Origin: an uncultured Smithella sp.
GTDB taxonomy: Bacteria > Desulfobacterota > Syntrophia > Syntrophales > Smithellaceae
Reading direction: 5' to 3'
NCBI GenBank assembly: GCA_964443625.1
Contig: CAYUDM010000009.1
Location: 10,005 to 74,004, forward strand
DNA length: 64,000 bases
The notes beneath the pieces are model-generated. The model was given only the letters and a program-made list of their open reading frames with translations. It had not been told where the DNA came from and ran no database searches. The position numbers and the translations under genes were made by a program. How positions within the stretch are numbered: the stretch's first letter is position 1; each line of letters opens with the position of its first letter. Positions 55,351 through 64,000 of the stretch are shown piece by piece.

Positions 55351-56064
55351 TTGAACATTTCAGCGTTCTTCCCCGCCTATAACGAAGAGGCCAATATTGA
55401 AAAGCTTGCCCTTTCGCTTAAAAGCGTCCTGTCTGAACAATGCGAGGCCTACGAGATTATCATTATTAATGACGGATCAAGGGATCGAACACGGCAGATT
55501 GCCGACAGACTCGCAGAGGATAACGAACATGTGCGCGTGATTCATCATCCGACGAATCGCGGTTATGGCGGCGCCGTTATTTCAGGGCTTTACGCCGCCA
55601 AACTGGAATGGGTTTTTTTTACGGACGGTGACAATCAGTTCGATGTTTCCGAAATTCCCTTGCTAATCGCAATGGCTGACAAGTACGATTTTGTCGCAGG
55701 CTACAGGCTCAAGCGGAATGATCCGCCTTACAGAAGGCTCAATGCTTTTTTCTGGAATTTGCTTGTTCAAACACTTTTCGGGTTCAGCGCAAAGGATGTG
55801 GATTGCGCCTTCAAACTGATCAGAAAAGAGATCATCGATCAAATCCGTCCGGAAACAACAGGCGCCATGATCTCCACGGAGCTTTTTGCCAAAGCGACGA
55901 AACTGGGTTATCGCATCGGCGAGGTCGGTGTTCATCATTATCCCAGAAACGCCGGAACTCAGACAGGAGCCAAACCGAAAGTCATCCTGAAGGCCTTTCA
56001 GGAGCTCTTTCAATTTTACGGTTCAATGAAAATATGGGGGAAAAGTTCCTCGGGCTCCGTTTAA
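55351..56064 (+). CDS. Family-2 glycosyltransferase (polyprenyl-phosphate sugar synthase-like)
   Basis: FFPAYNEE, IIIINDGSRD, FTDGDNQFD. TTG start after a GAGGAG SD. Confidence 0.8.
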   Translation: MNISAFFPAYNEEANIEKLALSLKSVLSEQCEAYEIIIINDGSRDRTRQIADRLAEDNEHVRVIHHPTNRGYGGAVISGLYAAKLEWVFFTDGDNQFDVSEIPLLIAMADKYDFVAGYRLKRNDPPYRRLNAFFWNLLVQTLFGFSAKDVDCAFKLIRKEIIDQIRPETTGAMISTELFAKATKLGYRIGEVGVHHYPRNAGTQTGAKPKVILKAFQELFQFYGSMKIWGKSSSGSV

Positions 56065-56213
56065 ACAGCTGCCCGCAGGATCCCCTTTTTTATCCGCGAT
56101 TGATGTTCCGTCTTTATGCCCCTTGTAAACTTCGGCCGAGCCTTTCTCCGAATTTTTTTCAGCGCTTTTGCGTGAAAGGAGCCTACCTTTAAAGCAATAG
56201 CCCAGTGTGCGCA

Positions 56214-57404
56214 TCAGGCTGTGGCCCATTGATAGCCAAGCACCGCTGACAGAAACAGCAGCATCAGCAAGGCGGTTGAAAAAAAGAATATCATTTGCCT
56301 GGTGACGGGCCGGTTTTCCGTTAAAATAACGGGGATCAGCATCAGCGGAAAAATCATACCGATATAGCGAACAGAGCTCAGAAGCGATGCTTTGGTAAAA
56401 AGCAACAGGACATTGGGCAGGATATAAATCAAATATTCAACAGGGTATTTTCCTTTTTTCCAGAGAAACACACTCACGATCAGGGCCAAAAGGCAAAAAG
56501 TCAGAACCGTAAGCGTTACTACGGAAAGATCCCATCCCCAGAAACCGACAAATTTCGCCTCTCGGATCTGGCCGAGATAAGAGGTAAACAGGCCATTGAA
56601 TGTGTTTCCCCAGCAGACCTGAATATCCACCGCCGCAAAATAATTGCCGGTAATCAGATAAAGGTATAGAAAAAACGAGGCGACTGCCGCCGGCACGATC
56701 CCGATGAGGACATAGGACGGCTTAAAACCCTCTTTCAGGTACTGCCTCAGCAGGATGACAAACAACGGCAGCAAAACAAATATTCCCTGAAAACGGCTCA
56801 ATGCGCCGACAGCCCCGGCAAGCGATGCCGCTGTCCATCCCCCTTTTCTGGCATAATAGATTGAGCTTGAGATGCAAAATAAGAATAACGCTTCCGTTCC
56901 ACTCCGGAAGAAAAAATAGGCAGACGGAAAAAGATTGATCAAAAGCACGGCGTAAAGGGATACGGACTCTGAATAATCCAACCGGAACAGCAAATATAGA
57001 TAAATGCTGAATCCCATAGAAAACAGAAAAGACAACATCGCCGCCCAGACAATATGGTCAACTCCTGTAACCATACCAACTTTGAGCAGCGCAGGCCACA
57101 CGGGAAAGAACGCCCAGTTTTGCTGTTGTTGCGCGGAAAAAGGCGCTTTTGTATATCCGTCTTGAGCAATCTGCTGGTACCAGGCGCTGTCGCTTAAATA
57201 GACAATATTGCCAAGCGTTGTGTATATAATTGCGGAACTGAATAAGGAACGTGGCTTTTCCGCTTCCCCACTGATAGCCCCTGTTAGAATAAAAGCCATT
57301 AAGAAAAGGAATACCTTGACGAATAATACGCATGCCAATAATTTGATCAGCATTCGATGGTTTGCATAGAAACTCACAAATTCATTCCACCTTGTCGAAT
57401 TCAT
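56214..57404 (-). CDS. Polytopic membrane protein, probable GT-C-type (PIG-V/mannosyltransferase-like) glycosyltransferase
   Basis: About 10 TM segments. It is adjacent to and divergent from the GT2 gene. The family call is weak. Confidence 0.4.
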   Translation of the reverse strand: MNSTRWNEFVSFYANHRMLIKLLACVLFVKVFLFLMAFILTGAISGEAEKPRSLFSSAIIYTTLGNIVYLSDSAWYQQIAQDGYTKAPFSAQQQQNWAFFPVWPALLKVGMVTGVDHIVWAAMLSFLFSMGFSIYLYLLFRLDYSESVSLYAVLLINLFPSAYFFFRSGTEALFLFCISSSIYYARKGGWTAASLAGAVGALSRFQGIFVLLPLFVILLRQYLKEGFKPSYVLIGIVPAAVASFFLYLYLITGNYFAAVDIQVCWGNTFNGLFTSYLGQIREAKFVGFWGWDLSVVTLTVLTFCLLALIVSVFLWKKGKYPVEYLIYILPNVLLLFTKASLLSSVRYIGMIFPLMLIPVILTENRPVTRQMIFFFSTALLMLLFLSAVLGYQWATA

Positions 57405-58031
57405 ATTATTAATTCCAATGAAGTGATCAAACTATTGCGATTCATTCGAAAAGGTTCTCTATTGACACACAACGGTTAGTCTTATCCGTACCAACAACAA
57501 AACCAATCAGTGACGACCACGTGATCCATGCCTAGCAAGGTTGCTTATTACTTTCGTTAAATACCAAATTTCGCCTAGTCTGATTGCGCTGTTAGTCAAC
57601 AAATAACTCCTGTTCAACCTAAAGAACTGAAGAAACTTCTTATGATCCGATTTTCCCTCGAAACGGGAAAATCGGATATCCAATCTTCTTTACGCATCAT
57701 TACTGTCACTTTTTCGTTAAAAACCAATTTAAGTACGAGATAACAATGAGAATAAGCCATATAAAGTTATTTATCGATTTGAAATATTTTTTCTCAGAAT
57801 GCCGTAGCCCCGCATTTAATGGCAAGGAGAGGCCTGGTGAATTCTGGAAAAACAATCTTTTCGCAGATCATGGATTACCCGCCCACTTACGAGTTCCGGC
57901 AATGTGTAGAAAAACATACAGGGAACTAAGCTTTTCCTGCCGGGATCAGTTCTTAAGCATCGCCTTTACTCAACTGACATACCGGTAAAGCCTGCGGAAT
58001 ATTCAAGAATGCCTTCGCGCAGCAAAACATT

Positions 58032-59231
58032 TTACCCGGTGAAGATTCTCGATAGAAACGGCAGCGCGATAAACGTTCCCATCGACGATCCAATGGATGA
58101 AAAAATAAACACCAGAAAGATGATTGTGAGTCGGTTTTGCCACCATTGACGAATCTTCATGGCGCCGCCCTGGATCTGATCGAAATCTTTCACCCGGGGT
58201 TTGGACGCGAAGGTTTGCACCAATGCGGTGACAAAACCCGCTCCGATCGTGGGGTTGAGGCTCGTGATCGGTGCGGCAAGAAATCCCGCAACAATGGTCA
58301 GCGGATGCGCGCGAGCCAACACGCATCCCAGGGCCGCTAACGATCCGTTGACAACCACCCAATATATCAGGGCCTCACCGGCAAGATCCCGTCTGCCGAA
58401 CATGAAACCGTAAGCAAAGACAGCTATGATCACCAGGGGAATCACCCACGGCGCCGTTTTGGCAAATTTCGAAGGCGGCGGAACAAAATTGATTGCTTCA
58501 ATTTTTTCATCCGGAATAAATTTTTCGAAATGCCTGAGCATACCCGGAACATGCCCCGCGCCGACCACGGCAACCGTCACGTTCCCGAGGCGTCGCTGAA
58601 TGCTCGCCGCCAGATACACGTCTCGTTCATCAATGAGCACTTCCTTAGTCACGGGCAGTTCGTCGCCAAAGCCTTTAATCAGGTTGTCAATGGCATCCGG
58701 ATTTTTCATGCTTTCAATGTCGGCGCTTTCAATCTCCTTTTCGTCCTTGATGAAAAGCGAGGCAAGAAATTTCATTTTGTCGAAAAAACGCGTCAATCGC
58801 CATGCTCTTTTGAGCGTGATCCCGATATCGCGGTCGGAAAGCACTAACGTGGCGCCCGTTTCATGAGCGAGTTCAACCGCGCGCTTGAATTCCGCGCCGG
58901 GCATGCTGCCTGTCTTCTGAGCAATTTTCTTCTGGTAGGACGACAAAATAAACTGTCCGATAAAGTAAAAGAGCTGTTTGGCGCGAATAATCTTGATGAT
59001 GTCCAGGTCGTCGAAAACGTTTTTCTTCATGATGGATACCAAACGCTTATCATCAAGTTCAACGCAAATCGTGTCGGGAACGATATCCCGGATCGTTTTT
59101 TCAACCAGCAAGACGGACGCTTTGGAAATATGGGCCGTGCCGATCAGATACAGGACCCGGCCGTCATCAAATGTCAGGCGGTGAATTTCGTCACTGAGGC
59201 GAAAAATAGTCGGTTGAATGTATTTATTCAT
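58032..59231 (-). CDS. TraB/GumN-family protein with C-terminal TM segments
   Basis: VLYLIGTAHISKASV motif. I trimmed the start to MNKYIQ, because the longer ORF would overlap the upstream gene. Confidence 0.7.
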   Translation of the reverse strand: MNKYIQPTIFRLSDEIHRLTFDDGRVLYLIGTAHISKASVLLVEKTIRDIVPDTICVELDDKRLVSIMKKNVFDDLDIIKIIRAKQLFYFIGQFILSSYQKKIAQKTGSMPGAEFKRAVELAHETGATLVLSDRDIGITLKRAWRLTRFFDKMKFLASLFIKDEKEIESADIESMKNPDAIDNLIKGFGDELPVTKEVLIDERDVYLAASIQRRLGNVTVAVVGAGHVPGMLRHFEKFIPDEKIEAINFVPPPSKFAKTAPWVIPLVIIAVFAYGFMFGRRDLAGEALIYWVVVNGSLAALGCVLARAHPLTIVAGFLAAPITSLNPTIGAGFVTALVQTFASKPRVKDFDQIQGGAMKIRQWWQNRLTIIFLVFIFSSIGSSMGTFIALPFLSRIFTG

Positions 59232-59256
59232 TTTTTTATATGCATCGCTTTCGAAT

Positions 59257-60000
59257 TCAAATTTTTGCCCGATAAGACTGGTTCGGACAGAATTTTGAGT
59301 TGAACCTATATGGTGATCGAATGCCTCTGTCAAGATAATCGTTAGAGGACGTCCGGTTCGCCCGGAAACGGACAGGGCGATTTTCTTGCCGCACACCAGG
59401 CCGTCTTAACGGCCGGTCTCTGAAATCAGAGTTACCGATTCTATGCAAGGAATTGATGAGCCACAGGTATATCGCTTCGCTCATCACCTCGTGTCCTCTT
59501 TCGTTGGGATAGCGATCGTCGTCACCAACGAGATTGCGATTATTTAATTGATGTTCGTCAAGATACCCGGCCCAGTAAGTGTGAATTGGAATCAGATTGC
59601 AAAAAAGATCTTGCCCGGCAATACGCAGCGAGCGATAAAAAATATCAACCGCTTTCATATCTTCGGGATGATCGAAGGTGTGAGAAGTGGACAGGAAGAT
59701 GAGAGGTCTTAAGCGTTCACGGGCAAGCCTCACCATCTGAACCAGATTCTCCTGAAATTCGGACCGGTAAACACAGGCAACGGCATCATCCACACCGAAA
59801 TGAATCAAAAGAAGCTCTGGGCGAAATTCATCGATATCCCGGTAAAATGTGCCGATCCCGTCGAAAGACGTCTTCCCGAAACGGGATCTGTTGATCACCT
59901 CGATTCCCTGCTGCCCAAGTTTATCTTTGAGAATATCCGCGTAGCTTCTGGCCACCGCATGACCTGCCGCGATGCTGCCGCCGCGAATAAGCATATTCAT
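59257..60000 (-). CDS. SGNH/GDSL-like hydrolase
   Basis: Block I-like IRGGSIAAG, block III-like HFGVDDA, and a late D..H. The C-terminal about 60 aa look low-complexity. Confidence 0.55.
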   Translation of the reverse strand: MNMLIRGGSIAAGHAVARSYADILKDKLGQQGIEVINRSRFGKTSFDGIGTFYRDIDEFRPELLLIHFGVDDAVACVYRSEFQENLVQMVRLARERLRPLIFLSTSHTFDHPEDMKAVDIFYRSLRIAGQDLFCNLIPIHTYWAGYLDEHQLNNRNLVGDDDRYPNERGHEVMSEAIYLWLINSLHRIGNSDFRDRPLRRPGVRQENRPVRFRANRTSSNDYLDRGIRSPYRFNSKFCPNQSYRAKI

Positions 60001-60662
60001 GAATGAACTCCTGTTGTCTTTAATAGAAGCAAATATCCGATCCCCGAGATTAAATCAAATGGGAAAAAATCTAACACAAGCCATGCCGTGATTTTGTGTG
60101 GCTCAAATTCATTGTACGCCCCATCATGAAGTCCTGATGTTGTAATTCGATCCGGCATATTAGAAAATCGGAATTTGGCGCAAAATGATGCATCCATTGC
60201 ATCACAGCATGCTGTGCATTCTCAAAAAAAAGGAAATCTTAAGCCTGGCGCCCTAGCCTACTGGACGAGCCGCGCCCAGCATGCCGAGAACAACTGGGCG
60301 CTTTAATGGACGCATGATATAGCCCAAAGTCTTCGGAAAGGTTCGTTTTGTGAACTTTAACGGATGCAAAGGAATATTTGATAATAAAAAACATATTCAA
60401 TGCATTCATCAATCGTCATGGTTTTTTCCCGGCTGCATATTTCATCCAACCCCTCACCCCGCAGCAGTCGCAAAACCCCAATTGCGACCTATTTTTCGAA
60501 TTGGCGGCCCACACACCATCGATGAGGCAATGCTGCATGGCTATTGAGATACTTAATATTTCAGGATGCCTTTATTGTGTATTTGCGAAACAAGCCATAT
60601 AGCTTTTGAAGCCCACCCGGCTTGTCGGCACGCCTCAAAGAGGAATCCGGGGATGATCGGAC

Positions 60663-61877
60663 TTAAGGATTCCAACCGGCCAGTCTGGCCCAAAGCCACC
60701 AAACAGCATGACCCTTTAAAACACAATTCAGACGTTCGCTGTGCGCGCAACTGCCGCAACTTGCCGACAGAGTTGCCAATTCATGCAAAGGATTAGCTAA
60801 AATCCATTGCGAGGCCCAATTACCGGCAGAATAATCACATCCATCGTTGGCGAAAAGCTGCATAAAGTTGGTTGTTCCGGTCGGATCGTAGCTTTCAATA
60901 TCAGCAAAATCAAAAAGGATCTTGTTGTTGTTCAGACAGTAATTACGAATCTGCTGGTTGCGGACATGCAGATTTCCTGCGCTTCCGCCTCCGTCGAGAT
61001 GGCCGGTCATATAAACAAATTGAACAGCGGGATAATCCTGTTCCAATTGATTCATTAAAGCTAAGTAAGTATTGATATCCGATTCGGAAGCGCCGCTTAC
61101 CTGGCCGCACCATGACCAGATGACAACGTTGATGGCCGGGTTGGCGTTTAAAAATGTTCTTGTGGCCGTAGCCCAGGTCGTCCTATCGGGATTTCCCAAA
61201 TCAGAAGCGCCTGAAAAGGGGGTATCACGTAGTAAAAGAGCGTCGCCCGCGCCTGTGCTGTTATAAGAATATAGACTGTCGGAAGCAGCCAGCGCTTCCA
61301 TCCCTGTTATTAACTGGCTGCCGTGTGACGTGTGGCCATAAGCAATTTGAAGCGATGATTTTGCCGTATTAATCGCTGTTTGAGGAATGCTACCAAAAGC
61401 GGCGGCCGCCAGATGGTCGGCAATAATTGCGCCGGTTGACGTGGGCGCCTCGCTGACCGTAACCGTGTACACTTTGGTTGAGTCATCCTGCGCCGAAACA
61501 GTATAATAGACGGAATCGGTGAAATCATTAGCCGTTACGCCGCTCACCTGAAGTACGCTATCAATGTGGACCTCCTGTCCGGTTGTGGAAAAAGTCGCAA
61601 CCAAGCCGGTCCGGTTGGTCCCATTGGGAACGGTTGCATTGATATTAGTCCCTGAAATTGCGCCAATCACGTTTTGGGTAAGCGCATCGTTGGCCGCAGC
61701 TGAAAACGAGAATGCCGTGATATTCTTGGTGGAATCTGCTTCGGGCCAACCGATATACGGTGCGTCGGCACCTCCGCCACCGCAGCTGAGCAAAATAAAG
61801 AATAAAAACAAAAGGCAAAATTCACAAACCGGAGCAAACCGTTTTCCTCGTGTTCCGGAAATAAGGAGTCTTTTCAT
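60663..61877 (-). CDS. Putative lipoprotein with an Ig-like N-terminal domain and an unknown C-terminal domain
   Basis: Signal/lipobox FFILLSCGGGG and a GGAGG SD before 61877. No confident family assignment. Confidence 0.45.
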   Translation of the reverse strand: MKRLLISGTRGKRFAPVCEFCLLFLFFILLSCGGGGADAPYIGWPEADSTKNITAFSFSAAANDALTQNVIGAISGTNINATVPNGTNRTGLVATFSTTGQEVHIDSVLQVSGVTANDFTDSVYYTVSAQDDSTKVYTVTVSEAPTSTGAIIADHLAAAAFGSIPQTAINTAKSSLQIAYGHTSHGSQLITGMEALAASDSLYSYNSTGAGDALLLRDTPFSGASDLGNPDRTTWATATRTFLNANPAINVVIWSWCGQVSGASESDINTYLALMNQLEQDYPAVQFVYMTGHLDGGGSAGNLHVRNQQIRNYCLNNNKILFDFADIESYDPTGTTNFMQLFANDGCDYSAGNWASQWILANPLHELATLSASCGSCAHSERLNCVLKGHAVWWLWARLAGWNP

Positions 61878-62374
61878 GATCTTTCTCGCCTCCACGATTT
61901 CATGGATGAATTTTGTAAAGTGGCCCCATCTGTTTTTCAAGGATTCAGGTCACTTTATTGATTGATCAGATACGTTCCAAGGCCGTTTCTTCCGCATCCT
62001 TTATCCGCCTCGCTTACAGGAACCTTCTACAAAAATCTTGTTGATAATCCTGGATATAGCAGACATTAACGCCAACATTGACTTTTCAACATCAAAGGTT
62101 GCCTGATTAAACTATGCCATTTCGGTCGAGCCGATATTCTTCACATTCAGCCGAACAAGATTTGATAAGACTTTGATGATTCCGTTGGACACTATAGAAA
62201 GCGCGATTGTTTGCGTCAAGTAAAACTTGGCTATGAAAGGTATTGAAAAGAAAGAGCACGGCTCAGCTTTATGAGGGCTCTCACCTTAAAGCTTTCTGTC
62301 CTCCCTGTTCCTTAATCCTCATCGTCCCTCTTGAACTGAAACCCGGCCTAAAATCATTTCGTATTGTTTCTCGC

Positions 62375-62409
62375 GTGCAAACCGGGGCTAGAACGCCCCC
62401 GGTTTGCAC
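62375..62409 (-). terminator. 13-bp stem hairpin just after the reverse-rubrerythrin stop
   Basis: GTGCAAACCGGGG-loop-CCCCGGTTTGCAC. The U-tract is poor. Confidence 0.45.
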
Positions 62410-62418
62410 GAACTTGAT

Positions 62419-62937
62419 TTACTGAAGTCTTGCTTCCGACAGGTGCAGGTGGTCGGTTTCAACGTCCACCAGAGCTGCAAAGATCTGTTGAATCCTTGGA
62501 TGGTCCGCTGCGGAGGCCGCCTTTCGGTAGAAGTCAATCGCCCGGGTTTCACGCGCGTGAGATTCCTTGAGGTTTTCGACATTCTGCGTATGGCAGGCAT
62601 CCGTCCCCGGAGCGACAGCGCCCAGCTTAAGCACTTTTCTCCAGATGGAGGCATGCTCCGCCTCGATTTTGCCCAGCGCCTTGAACAGAATCTTCCCTTC
62701 GGGATCATCGGTCTGACCCGCGGCACACATATAGAAAGCGGCATTGCTGATTTCCACCTGCAGGGCGTGTTCGGCATTGGCGCGATCCTTCGCGGTCAGA
62801 TCGATATCGAAGTTCGCTTGAGCCTCTCTGGCTTCTTTGATGTGCTCGATATGTGCCCCGCAAAACGGACAGTTGGGCGGGGGATTAAAACCGATATAGG
62901 CATCGCCGCATATTTCGCATCGGTATAACTTGGCCAT
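62419..62937 (-). CDS. Reverse rubrerythrin (N-terminal rubredoxin-like CxxC..CxxC plus ferritin-like domain)
   Basis: MAKLYRCEICGDAY....CPFCGA followed by ExxH diiron motifs. Confidence 0.75.
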   Translation of the reverse strand: MAKLYRCEICGDAYIGFNPPPNCPFCGAHIEHIKEAREAQANFDIDLTAKDRANAEHALQVEISNAAFYMCAAGQTDDPEGKILFKALGKIEAEHASIWRKVLKLGAVAPGTDACHTQNVENLKESHARETRAIDFYRKAASAADHPRIQQIFAALVDVETDHLHLSEARLQ

Positions 62938-62961
62938 GATACATCCTTTCCTTAAAGAGTC

Positions 62962-63336
62962 TTACGCTTTCCACATACCGTGTAGATTACAGTATTCCCG
63001 CGCCGTTACCGTGGCGGCCTCAATGGGGAAAACCGCTTCGGGTGGCTGGCCCGGCGCTAAAAACTGACGACAGGATTTTCCGTCCGCGATCACTTCGATC
63101 CATTCGATGTAGTGCTTTTCTTCCATCGGGTGGGGAACGCTGCCAACGGTCACCTTGATGCCGCCTGCCACTTTTTCAATGACCGGCACATGCTTTTCTT
63201 TTGCGGCATCCGTGGTGTTTTCCGTCAAAAGTTTCATGGGCTGATTGCAGCAGACCAACTCGCCCACACCTTCATGCAGCACTTCGATGATATGGCCGCA
63301 GACATCACACTTAAAAACATCATTTCTTTTCGCCAT
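62962..63336 (-). CDS. dfx: Desulfoferrodoxin (class I superoxide reductase)
   Basis: [33 protein letters not shown] (desulforedoxin centre) plus the ..[16 protein letters not shown] neelaredoxin domain. GGGAGG SD. Confidence 0.9.
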   Translation of the reverse strand: MAKRNDVFKCDVCGHIIEVLHEGVGELVCCNQPMKLLTENTTDAAKEKHVPVIEKVAGGIKVTVGSVPHPMEEKHYIEWIEVIADGKSCRQFLAPGQPPEAVFPIEAATVTAREYCNLHGMWKA

Positions 63337-63368
63337 GATGAACCTCCCTGTTTCTTTATGCGTCGTTA

Positions 63369-63866
63369 TCAATCTACTTTTTTAAACATCTTGCCTTTGG
63401 CGCCGCAAACCGGGCAGGTCTCAGGCGCTTCTTTTTCCGCTGTGAATCCGCAGACCGGGCAGACATAGTAGCTGTATGCTTCCTGTGCGTTATCCAGATG
63501 GTCCAGCGCCTGCTGATACAGGGCGGCATGAATCTTTTCCACTTCGTTGGCGAAAACGAAAGACCGCTCCGCCTCTTTATGTCCTTCGGCCTTGGCCGCT
63601 TCGATCATGCCCGGATACATGCTTTTGAACTCATGGGTCTCACCGGCGATGGCTTCGGCAAGGTTTTCCTTTGTGGAACGAATGCCTTTCATCGCCTTTA
63701 AATGGGCATGGGCATGAACAGTTTCCGCTTCCGCGGCCGCCCGAAAAAGTTTTGCAGCCTGGGGAAATCCTTCCTGGTCGGCCTTGGCCGCAAAAGCCAG
63801 ATACTTGCGGTTCGCCTGTGACTCTCCGGCAAAAGCCTCTTGTAACGCGTCTTCAGTTTTTGACAT
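63369..63866 (-). CDS. rbr: Rubrerythrin
   Basis: [19 protein letters not shown], and the C-terminal CPVCG....CPVCG. Confidence 0.9.
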   Translation of the reverse strand: MSKTEDALQEAFAGESQANRKYLAFAAKADQEGFPQAAKLFRAAAEAETVHAHAHLKAMKGIRSTKENLAEAIAGETHEFKSMYPGMIEAAKAEGHKEAERSFVFANEVEKIHAALYQQALDHLDNAQEAYSYYVCPVCGFTAEKEAPETCPVCGAKGKMFKKVD

Positions 63867-63895
63867 AATTCTCTCCTCCATTTTAATTATTTACA

Positions 63896-64000
<105 letters not shown>

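Noticed and set aside
57645-57677. A perfect 13-bp hairpin (atccgattttccc-N7-gggaaaatcggat) in the 630-bp AT-rich spacer between the GT-C-like and TraB genes.
   Set aside because: It is not adjacent to any gene end, has no U-tract on either strand, and is a single occurrence. I note it only as a possible orphan terminator or protein-binding site.
60272-60301. The hairpin GCGCCCAG-N14-CTGGGCGC followed by TTTAAT in the 60.0-60.66 kb spacer.
   Set aside because: No plus-strand gene ends upstream of it, and the small ORFs nearby (60350-60602) have no SD or recognisable similarity.

Overview
The window is a 64-kb chromosomal segment that looks like a strictly anaerobic, Sec-decoding, sigma-54-using bacterium. 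The gene content fits a sulfate-reducer-like deltaproteobacterium (Desulfobacterota): desulfoferrodoxin, rubrerythrins, UGA-containing peroxiredoxins, and NifX/MinD-ferredoxin clusters. All product calls come from my own reading of the ORF translations and motif memory. No database search was run.

Gene layout:
- 1-8.4 kb: housekeeping and redox genes (HtrA, HtpG, a B12-radical SAM protein, a DUF362 protein).
- 6.3-11.9 kb: a stretch where minus-strand genes are separated by four co-oriented copies of a roughly 300-bp repeat. The repeat carries a conserved 68-codon ORF.
- 12.3-19.2 kb: a segment that looks more AT-rich by eye and appears accessory. It holds a C45 peptidase, DUF3617, OmpA-like protein, an intact IS256-family element and a GT2 glycosyltransferase. 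A duplicated gatB 3' end lies inside this segment and brackets its GT2 part.
- 19.2-24.0 kb: an unusual aspS-gatA-gatB operon. AspRS carries a C-terminal GatC domain, and the GatA homologue has lost the amidase catalytic residues.
- 24.2-28.6 kb: a radical-SAM plus LolCDE-like ABC operon.
- About 32 kb: a tRNA-Asn locus disrupted or duplicated around a GIY-YIG ORF.
- 35.5-45.8 kb: a 15-gene, translationally coupled cluster with its own sigma-54 activator and a -24/-12 promoter. It encodes DUF134, three NifX-like proteins, two MinD-ferredoxin ATPases, Mrp, a radical SAM protein, two methyltransferases, a TsaA-like protein, DUF89, PdaD and a Gly/Arg-rich zinc ribbon. I consider this the best candidate for an undescribed system.
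- 45.8-64 kb: acyl-CoA and redox genes, two adjacent selenocysteine (UGA) peroxiredoxins, envelope and glycosylation genes, and an rbr-dfx-reverse-rbr-katG oxidative-stress block.

No CRISPR array, rRNA gene or prophage was seen.
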